From an uncultured bacterium (GTDB lineage: Bacteria; Desulfobacterota_D; UBA1144; Nemesobacterales; UBA2774): a stretch of 64,000 nt of DNA. Below are positions 1-11,095 of this stretch, one piece after another. The notes beneath the pieces are model-generated. The model was not told the origin of the DNA. It did not search any database and saw only the letters and a list, made by a program, of their open reading frames with translations. How positions within the stretch are numbered: position 1 is the first letter of the stretch; every line of letters begins with the position of its first letter. The position numbers were made by a program, and so were the translations under genes. The stretch lies in assembly GCA_963825135.1 (NCBI GenBank), contig CAWGRW010000009.1, positions 1,664,001-1,728,000 of the forward strand, in the 5' to 3' direction.

Positions 1-2000
1 AGAGAACGGCTACAGCACGTCATGGTTTGGCAAGGACCACAATACACCCACATTCGAGGCGAGCCAGCTTAGGTCCTTTCGATCAGTGGCCTATAGGAAT
101 GGGTTTTCAGTATTTCTACGGGTTTGTAGGCGGGGACACCAGCCAGTGGGAGCCTAACCTCTTTCGGAACACGACGGCGATATACCCCTACGTCGGCAAC
201 CCGGGCTGGAACCTGACCACAGCAATGGCTGACGACGCCATACAATGGATTAATCAGGTAAAGGAAATAAATCCCGCTCAGCCGTTTCTGGTCTATTATG
301 TTCCCGGCGGAACGCACGCGCCACACCATCCGACCGAGGAGTGGATCGATAAGATCCACGGCATGCACCTTTTCGACAAGGGATGGAATGCGCTCCGTGA
401 TCAGATATTCGTCAACCAGAAGAAGCTGGGCGTAATTCCCGAGGACGCGAAGCTCACGCCCTGGCCCACGGATTTACTAAAGGAGTGGGATGCCCTTACG
501 CCGGACGAGCAGAAGATGTTCATACGGCAGGCGGAGGTCTATGCCGCGTACCTGGCCTATACCGACCACGAAATCGGCCGCGTTATTCAGGCGGTCGATG
601 ACATGGGTGAGCTCGACAACACGCTTATCATATATATAAGCGGCGATAACGGAGCGAGCGCCGAGGGAACGCCAATCGGCACGCCGAATGAGGTGGCATC
701 GTTGAACGGCGTTAGCATTCCGGTCAAAGACCAATTGAAATATTTTTACGACGCATGGGGCAGTGACCAGACCTATCCGCATATGGCGGTAGGGTGGACA
801 TGGGCTTTCGACACGCCTTTTAAGTGGACCAAGCAGATACCTTCCTTTTTCGGCGGTGTACGTCAGGGGATGGCGATCGCCTGGCCGGGTCATATTAAGG
901 ACGCGGGCGGGATACGCAACCAGTTCCACCATGTTATAGACATCGTGCCTACGATCCTCGAAGTGACGGGCATCGGGGCTCCCGACACTGTAAACGGGAT
1001 ACCGCAGAAGCCCATAGAAGGGGTGAGCATGGCCTATACCTTTGACAAGGCAAACGCTAACGCGCCGTCGACTCACCAAACGCAGTACTTCGAGATGATG
1101 GGTGTCCATGCTATTTACCACGACGGATGGATTGCAAGCACCGTTCCCGTAAGAGCTCCATGGGACGTAGCCGGTCCGGTCACACAGGACCCGGCTAATG
1201 CTTATAAGTGGGAGCTATATGATCTCACAAAGGACTGGACTCAGGACAACGACGTAGCGGCGCAGAATCCGGAGAAGTTAAAAGAAATGGAGAAGCTCTT
1301 CTGGCAGGAGGCAGAGAAGTACGAGGTCCTTCCTCTCGATGCGACTGTGATCACACGCCTATCGCCCCCAAGCCCAATATCACGGCGGGTAGGACTGTAT
1401 TTACCTACTCTGGCGGGCTGACGGGGGTTCCGTATGGTGATGCGCCGAGCTTACTTGATAAATCTTATGCTATCACCGCTGAAGTGGATATACCTCAGGG
1501 CGGTGCCGAAGGCGTGATACTTACCGAAGGCGGCCGTTTGGCAGGCTTCGGTTTCTATCTCCTCAAGGGGAAGCCCGTCTTCGTGTGGAACCTGTTTAAC
1601 CTGAAACGGGTACGCTGGGAGGGAAATGAAGCCCTCACACCCGGCAAGCATATGCTGGAGTTCGACTTCAAGTACGACGGACTCGGTATGGGAACCATCG
1701 CGTTCAACAATATGAGCGGAGTCGGGCAGGGCGGCGCGGGAGTGCTCAAGGTTGACGGGAAGGTGGTCGATACCCAGAAGATGGAGCACACTGTTCCGTT
1801 TATCCTTCAGTGGGACGAGACCTTCGATGTAGGGGCCGATACCGGAACACCAGTGGACGACAAGGATTATCAGGTGCCCTTCAAATTCACCGGGAATCTT
1901 GATAAACTGACAGTAAAACTGGAGCCGCACAAGCTCACCTCTGACGAGGAAAAAATTCTTATGGAACAGGGACAGACGTAACAACAAGGCGAGTGAGTGA
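1..2000 (+). pseudogene. Arylsulfatase, 5'-truncated by the window, split by ~3 single-base frameshifts (~69, ~1365, ~1975); sequencing error or pseudogene
   Basis: Joined frames read ENGYSTSWFGKDHNTP...GPFDQWP...THAPHH...SGDNG...PKPNITAGRTVFTYSG...QRNNKASE*, typical sulfatase core plus C-terminal domain; ORF pieces 27..1421 and 1484..1981. Confidence 0.85.
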
Positions 2001-2014
2001 CTTAAACGCAATAG

Positions 2015-2049
2015 GCCGGAGTATGTAAATAGGTCTTATATACTCCGGC
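2015..2049 (+). terminator. Stem-loop after the sulfatase gene (terminator or mRNA-stabilising hairpin)
   Basis: gccggagtatgtaa / ttatatactccggc 14-bp stem with one G-U pair, only a short T tract. Confidence 0.45.
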
Positions 2050-2080
2050 TTGGGTATACACTTTGTTTTTCTGAAGGGAG

Positions 2081-3125
2081 GTGGACATGTCGAGGTTATA
2101 TATATTCCGATCCGCATACGTAATTATTGCAATCGGTCTCCTTGTTATAATTTTCGGTGCTGAGCGGGCATACAGTCAGTGTAACGCGTTATGCATGCAC
2201 GAACGGGGAAGCTCAATGGCCGGGAACAAAGGCTCGCTTCACACAAACGAATCCGGTCCATTGCTCGGGTCGTCTTATGAGGTCGCGCTGAACGATAATT
2301 ATTACACCGATTCGGAGGATTCTGACGATTCCGTCCTCCTGGCGGCGAATGATACCGAAACCGAGACTACCTATATCGAAGCGCCGTCGAACAAATGGCA
2401 ATTCGCCGTTATTCCGTATCTCTGGATGATGGGGATAAACGGGAAGGTAGGGGTAAAGGGCCGGACTGCGGATATGAATGTTTCTTTTTCCGATATTATC
2501 AAGAACCTCGACTTCGCGGCAGAGGTCCATATAGAGGCGTGGAGGGACAGGTTCGGATTTTTTATCGACGCCACTTATTCGAAAATATCACTGACGAAAA
2601 ATGTGACACTGAGACAGGACCGCACTCTCAATATCAAAAACGTGAGCCAGTTCTTTCTCGGCGAATTCGGAGGGATTCTATAGGGCGGGCACGTGGCCTC
2701 TGGGGGGAACGGGAATAATCATAGTCAAGACAAACACTTCGTTAACCCTCGATCTGATTGGAGGTGGACGTTACTGGTGGCTTGAAGATGAGATTGATTT
2801 GAAAGGTCCGCTCGGTCAAAACCCGCAATTCAGCGGAAGCGAGAGCTGGTTCGATTTTATAGTCGGCGGACGCGTCAATCTGGCTATAAACAAATTCTTC
2901 GTTCAGATCAGGACTGATATAGGCGGCTTCGGGCTGGGCTTCTCTTCGGACATCTCCTGGAACATAGCCGGATATATCGGATACGAACTCCCTTGGTACA
3001 AGATAACTCCCATCATAGGTTATAGAGCGCTCTATGATAAATACTCGAACGGGAGCGGGAATAACCGTTTTCTGTGGGACGCGTGGATGTACGGTCCTCA
3101 GATCGGCGTAGGGTTTCAGTTCTGA
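2081..3125 (+). CDS. Outer-membrane beta-barrel protein (one frameshift at ~2672)
   Basis: Signal peptide, WQFAVIPYLW, alternating beta-strand pattern, C-terminal GPQIGVGFQF; the second frame is open from ~2676 into ORF 2799..3125. Confidence 0.7.
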
Positions 3126-3391
3126 GTATCGTGAAAGTACTGGTCTTAGCCTGAGTCCATGAGGGAAATGAAAAGATCCGTCCAATTCTCTCGGCATATT
3201 GTCATCTTTCATTTTTATCTATATCCTCTTATCAATAGATAATTTTAGTGGCACGTCGAAGTTCAAATAGACATTTGCGTTAAATCGATTTAGAGTAGTG
3301 AAGAGAGAGGTTGTTTACATACACTAACACAACTCTGTCTCGAAGAGCCTGGTTACGATTTTCAAAAAATCCGTAGTGGAGGTAAGGCAAG

Positions 3392-5009
3392 ATGTCGGTA
3401 AAAAACAGAACCTTCGTTTCTGCATTATTCGTTTTATTGGCTGCACTGGGATGGGTCGTTATTCCCGCGACGGCTCAGGAGAAGAAGCCCAACATTATAT
3501 TCATCATGGGCGATGATATCGGCTGGTTCAACATCGGCGCATACCATCAGGGCATTATGGCGGGCAGGACGCCCAACCTGGACAAGATCGCTTCGGAGGG
3601 TATTCGCTTCACGGACTACTACGCGGAGGCAAGCTGCACGGCAGGCCGCGCGAACTTCATCACCGGCGAGCTGCCCATACGCACGGGAATGACGACCGTC
3701 GGGCAGGCGGGCTCTCCGATAGGTATCCCGGCGCAGGCGGTCACGATCGCAACGGCGCTCAAATCGATGGGATACGCCACCGGCCAGTTCGGGAAGAACC
3801 ACCTTGGCGACCTGAACGAGTTTCTGCCTACGGTGCACGGTTTCGACGAGTTCTTCGGCTACCTCTATCATCTGGACGCGATGGAAGACCCGTGCCACAG
3901 GAACTATCCGCAGCAGCTCAGGGACAAGGTCGGACCCCGGAACATGGTTCATAGCTGGGCTACCGACACCGACGACGCGACCGTTCAGCCGCGGTGGGGG
4001 AAAATAGGCAAGCAGAAGATTGAAGACGCGGGTGAGCTCTGTCCCGAGCGCATGAAAACGGTGGACAACGAAATACTCGACAACACCATAAAGTTCATGG
4101 ACAAGGCACGCAAAGACGGCAAGCCTTTCTTCATATGGCTCAACCCGACACGTATGCACGTCGTCACGCATCTCTCCGATAAATACGAAGCGATGCGTAC
4201 GCCCGAGAACGGATGGACGATAGAGGAGGCCGGCATGGCTCAGCTCGACGACATCGTGGGCTCGGTTCTGAAGTACGTTGCGGATAACGGCCTCGATGAC
4301 AATACCATCATCGTCTTCAGCACCGATAACGGGACTGAAAACTTCACATGGCCCGACGGGGGCCAGACCCCGTTTGCGGGCGGCAAGGGGACGGCTCTCG
4401 AAGGCGGCTTCCGCGTGCCCGCTTTAATCCGCTGGCCGGGCAAGGTGCCTGCCGGCAAGGTGGAAAATGAGCATTATGTCCGGGCTTGACTGGTTCCCGA
4501 CCCTTGTTGCGGCGGCCGGCGACCCAAATATCGTTGACGAGCTTCTCAAGGGCAAACAGCTTGGAGATCGCAAGTACAAGGTACATCTGGACGGTTACAA
4601 CCAGATGGACCTCATTACCGGCAAAGGCCCGTCGAAGCGAAACGAGATATTCTATTTCACCGAGGGCACGTTGAGCGCCGTGCGACTCAACGACTTCAAG
4701 TACCGCTTCACCGATCAGCCGGACGGGTGGCTCGGCGCAACACAGCAAAGTCGATTGGCCGATACTGACGAATCTCCGTCTCGACCCCTTCGAAAGGACG
4801 GGCATGCCCAGCGGCGCGAACGGGTCGCTGGCTTTCTACAACTGGTTTGCGTACGAGTTCTGGCGTTTCGTGTTCGTACAGCAGGAGGTCGCCGAAGCTC
4901 GCGCAAACGGCTATAGATTTTCCGCCCATGCAGAAAGGGGCGAGCTTCAATCTCGAGGCTATAAAGGACCAGATCTATAAGACCTCGGGAATCCGGCGTA
5001 GGGAAATAA
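3392..5009 (+). pseudogene. Secreted Cys-type arylsulfatase, frameshifted (~4465, ~4740, ~4890, possibly ~4990); end approximate
   Basis: Signal peptide, KPNIIFIMGDD, SCTAGR formylglycine motif, GKNHLG, STDNG, later NLRLDPFER and FPPMQKGASFN in shifted frames. Confidence 0.85.
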
Positions 5010-5023
5010 GCTTTCATATAAGG

Positions 5024-5048
5024 CGGGCGGGTCATTTTGTCCCGCCCG
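5024..5048 (+). terminator. GC-rich hairpin after the second sulfatase
   Basis: cgggcggg / cccgcccg 8-bp stem; no strong T tract. Confidence 0.35.
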
Positions 5049-5185
5049 TAACTACGCCTATCCCGGAGTAAAGAGCATGTATATCATTGGGGGTATGCGG
5101 CCTTATCTGGAAAAACAGTCGGATACCGTTTGCCGGCCGTGCCGGTGGGGGTAATGCCGTAAAGACAATAAAGGACAGTAAACGT

Positions 5186-6229
5186 ATGAAAGCGACGTCG
5201 ACACGGATAACGCATATTCTGTTCGTACACCTCGTGATTGGTATTCCTGGCGATGGCTGTGCTCCCGGGCGCCCGGGCCGATGCCCGGACCGATCCCCTC
5301 CAGTCCTGGAACGACGGGCCCGCTAAGGAGAGCATCGTAAGGTTCGTCGCGGAGGTTACGAAGGAGGGGGGGCCGAATTATGTCCCGCCTGAGGACCGGA
5401 TCGCCACGTTCGATCAGGACGGCACCACGTGGGTATCCCATCCCCTTTATGCGCAGGCTGTGTTCGCGCTCGACCGGATACGCGAGCTCGCCCCGAAGCA
5501 CCCGGAATGGAAGAGACGAGGAACCGTTCAAGATCGGTCATCGCGGGAGACCGGGAGGCTATGGCGAAGTTCGGGGAGTCTGACTGGGAGATGATTATTG
5601 CCGCGACACACACCGGTATGAGCACTCAGGATTTCCTCGAGATCGCAAACAAGTGGCTGTCCGCCGCTAAGGACCCACGCTGGCACAGGCCGTACACAGA
5701 GCTTGTCTATCAGCCCATGATCGAGGTCATGGATTATTTGCGGGCAAATGGATTTAAGACTTACATCGTCACCGGAGGGGGGCAGGAGTTCGTGAGGGCG
5801 TACAGCAACGGCGTCTACGGAATACCCCCGGAACAGGTCGTGGGTTCGAGCGTCCTGACGAAATACGAATACAAAGACGGCAAGCCCGTGCTGTTACGCG
5901 AGCCCAAGGTGTTTTTCATCGACAATAACGGAGGAAAGGCGATAGGCATTAACCTCTTCATCGGCAAGCGCCCGTACGCCGCGTTCGGCAACTCGACCGG
6001 CGACCGCGAGATGCTCGAGTGGACACAGGCGGGCGGCGGGGCGCGCTTGATGATGCTCGTCTATCACGACGACGCTCTGCGTGAGTACGCATACGGACCG
6101 GCCGGGGGTCTGCCCGATACGAACGTCGGCACATTCTCTCAGGCGCTCATGGACGAGGCCGGGAAAAACGGGTGGGTCATCATCAGCATGAAACATGACT
6201 GGAAACGCGTCTTTAAATTCGAGGAATAG
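5186..6229 (+). pseudogene. Secreted HAD-superfamily hydrolase / acid phosphatase, frameshifted (~5235, ~5515, ~5535)
   Basis: DPLQSWNDG, RIATFDQDGT (HAD motif I), YIVTGGG, AAFGNSTGDREML spread over ORFs 5238..5594 and 5429..6229. Confidence 0.8.
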
Positions 6230-6285
6230 CCGGCCCGAGCTGAATAATCGCGAAATGCTGCATGTGTTAAGCTTTGTATAGAGAA

Positions 6286-8622
6286 ATGAATCTCAGACGC
6301 GTCGTCTATTTTATAATTGCCGCACTCATAGTACTCGCCCTCGGATATTTCTACCGCAAGTCCGGTCCATTAAAATCACACAAGACGGTCAACTCCGTAA
6401 GCCCAATCGACAATACCCAGGGGTTCGTCGGGAGCCGTGTATGCGCGGAGTGCCACAAGGCCGAGTACCAACTCTGGCTCGGCTCTCACCACGACCTCGC
6501 TATGCGGGAGGCAGCGGCGGATACCGTGCTCGGCGACTTCGACGGGGCGGTTTTCTCGTATGAAGATGTTGAGTCCGAGTTCTATAAGAAAGACAAAAAG
6601 TATATCGTACGCACTGACGGCCCGGACGGGAAGCTCCATGACTACGAAATCAAATATACATTCGGCGTCTATCCGCTCCAGCAATACCTTGTCGAGTTTC
6701 CCGGCGGCAGGCTGCAGGCTCTGAGCATAGCATGGGACAGCCGATCAAAAAGCGAAGGCGGTCAGCGCTGGTTTCATCTCTACCCGAATGAAAAAATAAC
6801 GCATGACGATTCCCTCCACTGGACCGGTATCGACCAGAACTGGAACCATATGTGCGCCGAATGCCATTCGACGAATCTTAAGAAGAATTACGATTTAACA
6901 ACCGGTACCTATAAGACGGCGTGGTCCGAGATAAACGTTTCGTGTGAGGCGTGCCATGGCCCGGGATCCGGGCACGTCAAATGGGCGGGGCATAAGAACG
7001 GCGACAAATTTCCGGATATGGGACTCCTCGTGAGTTTCGATGAGAGGAAAGGGGTCGGCTGGACGATAGATAGGGAAACGGGGAACGCGGTGAGGAGCAG
7101 GGCGCCCTCGAACGATCGGGAGATAACCGTCTGCGCCAGATGTCATTCGAGAAGGAGCGCAATATCGGACAATTACTCATACGGAAAGAGTCTGCTCGAT
7201 ACGCACATCCCGGCGCTTCTCGAAGAAGGCGTCTATTATCCCGACGGACAGATCGAAGCAGAAGATTACGAATGGGGCTCGTTCATCCAGAGCAAGATGT
7301 ATCACAAGGGAGTAACGTGCAGCGACTGCCATGACCCGCATAGCCTCCAATTGCGGAAGCCCGGTAACGCCGTGTGCTCTCAATGTCATGAACCGTCGAA
7401 ATATGATTCTGCCTCACATCACCATCATGAAACGGGCTCGGCTGGCTCCGGGTGCGCCGTATGCCACATGTCTGTAACCACTTACATGATAATAGACGAC
7501 CGTCACGACCACAGCATCCGCATTCCGAGGCCCGATCTCACCGTCAAAACAGGCGCGCCCAACGCCTGCAATAAGTGTCACTCGGACCGTACGCCGGAAT
7601 GGGCGGAATCGGTGATAAAGAGTTGGGGCGGCGAAAACAAGAAGGGCTTTCAGAATTATGGGGAAACGCTTTACGAAGCGCGTAACGGCATGCCCGGCGC
7701 GGAAGAGATGCTCGTCGAGCTTGCGAATGATGCCGGTGCTCCGTCCATAGCGAGGGCAACGGCTCTAAACGATCTCGCGGGCTATCTCAGTCCGTTCTCC
7801 GTCGAGACCGTCCGGAAGGGACTCGGCAGCGATGACCCTCTGATCAGGGGGGCGGCTCTCGACGCCCTTGAACCGGCTCCGCCCGACACAAAGACCGGGC
7901 TCGCTTTTGGACTGCTTAACGATCCCGTACTCGCCGTCAGGGTGAAGGCGGTGACAATACTTGCCTCCTCGCCTCGGGAGAACATGACCTCGGAACAAAG
8001 AAAGGCGCTTGACGATGCCGTCAATGAGTACGTGAGGGCGCAGATGACGAACGCAGACCGGCCCGAGGCTCACATCAACATAGGGCTGATTTATACGGAG
8101 CTGGGAAGGCTGCCCGAAGCCGAGGTTCAGTATGAGACGGCTATGAGACTCGAACCTTCATTTATCCCAGCGTTCGTAAACCTTGCCGATCTCTACAGGA
8201 TGGAAGGCAGGGATGCCGATGGGGAGACCCTCCTCAGGAGCGCTCTTGAAATTTCCCCTGAGAGCGGAGACGTGTACCACGCGCTGGGATTGCTTCTAGT
8301 CAGACAAAATAAGATCCCGGAGGCGATGAACGCATTGGAGGAATCGGTAAAGCTAAGCCCCGACAACACCCGATACAGCTTTGTATATGCCGTGGCGCTC
8401 AATGATATAGGCAAAAAATCCGAGTCTATTCGTGTGCTGGAGGAAGCCCATGAGCGGCGTCCCGCGGACCGGGAGGTCTTATTCGCGCTTGTAAATTTCA
8501 ACCGCGAGAACGGAGACATCCGGTCTGCCCGGCGGTATGCGGAGATGCTAAAGGAGGTCTCGCCGCACGACCCGGACGCCGACCATCTTCTCGATGAACT
8601 TGGAAGGGACCTCGGCCGATAA
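6286..8622 (+). CDS. Multiheme (8 x CxxCH) c-type cytochrome with HEAT and TPR repeats
   Basis: CAECH, CAECH, CEACH, CARCH, CSDCH, CSQCH, CAVCH, CNKCH; N-terminal membrane anchor; C-terminal TPR-like repeats. Confidence 0.85.
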   Translation: MNLRRVVYFIIAALIVLALGYFYRKSGPLKSHKTVNSVSPIDNTQGFVGSRVCAECHKAEYQLWLGSHHDLAMREAAADTVLGDFDGAVFSYEDVESEFYKKDKKYIVRTDGPDGKLHDYEIKYTFGVYPLQQYLVEFPGGRLQALSIAWDSRSKSEGGQRWFHLYPNEKITHDDSLHWTGIDQNWNHMCAECHSTNLKKNYDLTTGTYKTAWSEINVSCEACHGPGSGHVKWAGHKNGDKFPDMGLLVSFDERKGVGWTIDRETGNAVRSRAPSNDREITVCARCHSRRSAISDNYSYGKSLLDTHIPALLEEGVYYPDGQIEAEDYEWGSFIQSKMYHKGVTCSDCHDPHSLQLRKPGNAVCSQCHEPSKYDSASHHHHETGSAGSGCAVCHMSVTTYMIIDDRHDHSIRIPRPDLTVKTGAPNACNKCHSDRTPEWAESVIKSWGGENKKGFQNYGETLYEARNGMPGAEEMLVELANDAGAPSIARATALNDLAGYLSPFSVETVRKGLGSDDPLIRGAALDALEPAPPDTKTGLAFGLLNDPVLAVRVKAVTILASSPRENMTSEQRKALDDAVNEYVRAQMTNADRPEAHINIGLIYTELGRLPEAEVQYETAMRLEPSFIPAFVNLADLYRMEGRDADGETLLRSALEISPESGDVYHALGLLLVRQNKIPEAMNALEESVKLSPDNTRYSFVYAVALNDIGKKSESIRVLEEAHERRPADREVLFALVNFNRENGDIRSARRYAEMLKEVSPHDPDADHLLDELGRDLGR

Positions 8623-9080
8623 CAGGCATATCCGGCTATAGGCAATCTAGTCTGCTGAGGCTATGGATTGGTCTCAAAGCCGGAAAGAACGGACAGAATT
8701 TATCCCGCAAATTCCTATCCATATGGAGCAGATAGATAATCACATGATACGGATGGGCACTGTTTATTCGTGACTTGTTGTGATAATTGTAATTATGTCA
8801 GGAAGTTATGATGCTAACCTCACGAGCGCTGAAATTTTTGTGCAGGTGTCCGGGCTCTTCACTCCGGGAATTTCAGGCTTTGAGGGCACGAGAGTCGGCA
8901 GGTTGTTTATATAAAGAATTACAAATCTCTCTTTTTCAACCTGTTCCCGGTCGGATGTTGCCGATATTATTTAATATGCGCGACGAATAGTCTTGCTATT
9001 CCATGAATTTATAATGTAAAATTAATGTGACGGAGATTATCAAAATAAACTAGAATTAGTATTCTCTCTCGGAGGCAATA

Positions 9081-9494
9081 ATGAGATTTGGTGATTATTT
9101 AAAGAGCAAAAGGAAGCAGAAGAATATTACTCAGGAGGACCTGGCGCGTTCCCTCAATGTTTCGAGCGTATTCATACATCAGCTCGAAACCGGCAAGGTG
9201 GACGCCCCATCGATAGAGCGATGTCAACAGATATCGACAATCCTCGATGTGAATATTCAGGAATTATGGACAGTTGCAAAGAAGGAACGCCTCAAGAGAT
9301 TTATGGAGAAGGAAGATATATCGGAGGACAGCTTTGAGGTTCTGACCGATGCGGAGAAAGCCCTGATTAACCTCTACAGGAGCCTGGATTCCGATATGAG
9401 GAGGGACTTCGGCGGGATGATATTCATGCTTCTGAGGCATTCACAGGACGAAGGGGTGCAGGAGATACTCGAAGAATTTATTAAATGCGCATAA
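9081..9494 (+). CDS. XRE-family helix-turn-helix transcriptional regulator
   Basis: FGDYLKSKRKQKNITQEDLARSLNVSSVFIHQLETG; GGAGG RBS. Confidence 0.85.
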   Translation: MRFGDYLKSKRKQKNITQEDLARSLNVSSVFIHQLETGKVDAPSIERCQQISTILDVNIQELWTVAKKERLKRFMEKEDISEDSFEVLTDAEKALINLYRSLDSDMRRDFGGMIFMLLRHSQDEGVQEILEEFIKCA

Positions 9495-10249
9495 TGAGCA
9501 AATTATCAATCGTACTCAAGGCACTGGGGATAGAGCTTTGTATTCTCGCTTTAATCGGGCTGGTTTTTTTATTCCAGTTCAATAAAGCCAAGGGGGAGTT
9601 TGTAAATAAAACCAGGGCTATTTCACAGACAATAGGCGACCTGGCGAGCGATTTTTACTCCGAAGAAGGCAAGCAACCCACAAGCGGAGAGTTCTACCAT
9701 TTTCTGGATAAAAGACTCGGAAGGAAGAAATTGTTTAATACTTTTGAGATAGCTCCCAAATTTTTCAGTGTCGTGTTCAAGAAAGACATTGAAAACAGCC
9801 TCGCTTCCGACGGCTTGTTCATGAAAGAGTTTTATCCGGAAGACGGCTACACCGTTAAGGATAACAACGGAATAATCTCTGTTTCAGTGCCTTTTACCAC
9901 ACAAACACAAACCGAGCCTTACGGGATAGTTAAAATAGATTCCGACACGAAGGCCATCTTAAAGAAGGTGCTTGCGGACAATTATCTTCTGTATGCGGCG
10001 ATGCTTATAGTGCTTAATAACCAGGCCTTTATCTTTTACCTCCTTACCAGGAAGAAGAAGGAGATTATTTTTGAAAAAGGGTACCTCAAGGAGCATTCCA
10101 TAGGGGCTCTCAAAATAATGCACAAGGTTCTGGGCGACATCATTGACGATCATAAGACCGATTATGAAACCCCTGATCAAGCCAAAAAGCAGGAATCGGG
10201 AAAGAACGTGATTTCGATATCGGAATTGGCGGAAAAAAGAAAACAATGA
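9494..10249 (+). CDS. Hypothetical membrane protein (two TM helices around a probable periplasmic domain)
   Basis: TAATG coupling to the XRE gene; hydrophobic segments near the N-terminus and at ~aa165-185. Confidence 0.65.
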   Translation: MSKLSIVLKALGIELCILALIGLVFLFQFNKAKGEFVNKTRAISQTIGDLASDFYSEEGKQPTSGEFYHFLDKRLGRKKLFNTFEIAPKFFSVVFKKDIENSLASDGLFMKEFYPEDGYTVKDNNGIISVSVPFTTQTQTEPYGIVKIDSDTKAILKKVLADNYLLYAAMLIVLNNQAFIFYLLTRKKKEIIFEKGYLKEHSIGALKIMHKVLGDIIDDHKTDYETPDQAKKQESGKNVISISELAEKRKQ

Positions 10250-10635
10250 AGAAAGTCATGTTTGCCTCTATATTGTTGCTCGTTTTTATAGTTTTGGGCT
10301 GCGATAGTCCAGGCGATAACGGTGTTGTCGAACTTGACGGCCCGATTCTGGAAAGCATGGATGCGGACGGCAACATGGAATTCAACGGCGCTTTGATTAA
10401 CACCGGGGAAGATCCGGTCCGGTCCGTTTATGTGGTAATAGTGCTCAAAGACCAGGACGGAAATGTTATCGAGGCAAACTCGGTTTCGATCTTTGATGAA
10501 GACCCGAACGCCTTGCTTTATCCCTCGGAGCGGGCATTTTTCAGCCTGTCCGTGGCTTCCGATCCGAGCAGGGTATTCTCGAAGGACGTTGAAATTTATT
10601 ACGAGGATGGCACGGACGAACCCCCGTCTCAATAA
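10246..10635 (+). CDS. Acidic lipoprotein, FxLYD/Ig-like domain
   Basis: Lipobox VLGC; GALINTG...VVIVLKDQDGNVI...LYPSERAFF pattern; ATGA overlap. Confidence 0.65.
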   Translation: MKKVMFASILLLVFIVLGCDSPGDNGVVELDGPILESMDADGNMEFNGALINTGEDPVRSVYVVIVLKDQDGNVIEANSVSIFDEDPNALLYPSERAFFSLSVASDPSRVFSKDVEIYYEDGTDEPPSQ

Positions 10636-10700
10636 AGCTTTATTTTCGGCTTCGACTTATTCAAATCCCACTCTCTATTAGCTGTCTCAACAAAATTGTC

Positions 10701-10729
10701 TTGACATGTAGGCACTTAACTAGTATTGT
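10701..10729 (+). promoter_or_regulatory. Sigma70-type promoter driving the riboswitch-pilM leader
   Basis: TTGACA-17 nt-TATTGT ending ~19 nt before the aptamer. Confidence 0.65.
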
Positions 10730-10747
10730 TGAGATTGTTTTATAAGT

Positions 10748-10844
10748 TTCTGACCGAAAAGGGCAAACTGTATGAAAATGCAGGGCGCAAAACCTATGGT
10801 CTAAGGGTTTAACACCTATGACGGCAGGGTTACCGAAGTTGGAG
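10748..10844 (+). ncRNA. Cyclic di-GMP-I (GEMM-I) riboswitch
   Basis: AAGGGCAAACTGTATGAAAATGCAGGGCGCAAAACCTATGGTCTAAGG...CTATGACGGCAGGGTTACCGAA fits the GEMM-I consensus (P2 with GAAA loop, GCAAA junction, CTAA receptor, GTTACCG). Confidence 0.85.
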
Positions 10845-11095
10845 ATACCTGTACACACTTTCTACGCCGTGCGCGCACGCGGCGCCCCTGTCGATCTAAC
10901 CTCCTATAATCATTATATATCCTGGTCAAGTTTGAGTGACTCTATCTCAAAGATAATTGGTGCATCAGATTTGTTATAATGAAGAGTTACAATAGACTAT
11001 TGACAATTATTAAAGAGCAGATTGATATTTTACAGGAAGTATTGCAATAACTTCAAAAAGGTGGTTAAATTAGTAATGTAAAGTAGGAGGATGAT

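Noticed and set aside
8808..8990. 60-aa ORF upstream of the XRE gene
   Set aside because: No RBS or recognisable features; probably promoter region
10748..10844. cGAMP-sensing GEMM-Ib riboswitch
   Set aside because: The specificity position reads G (AGGGCAAA), not A
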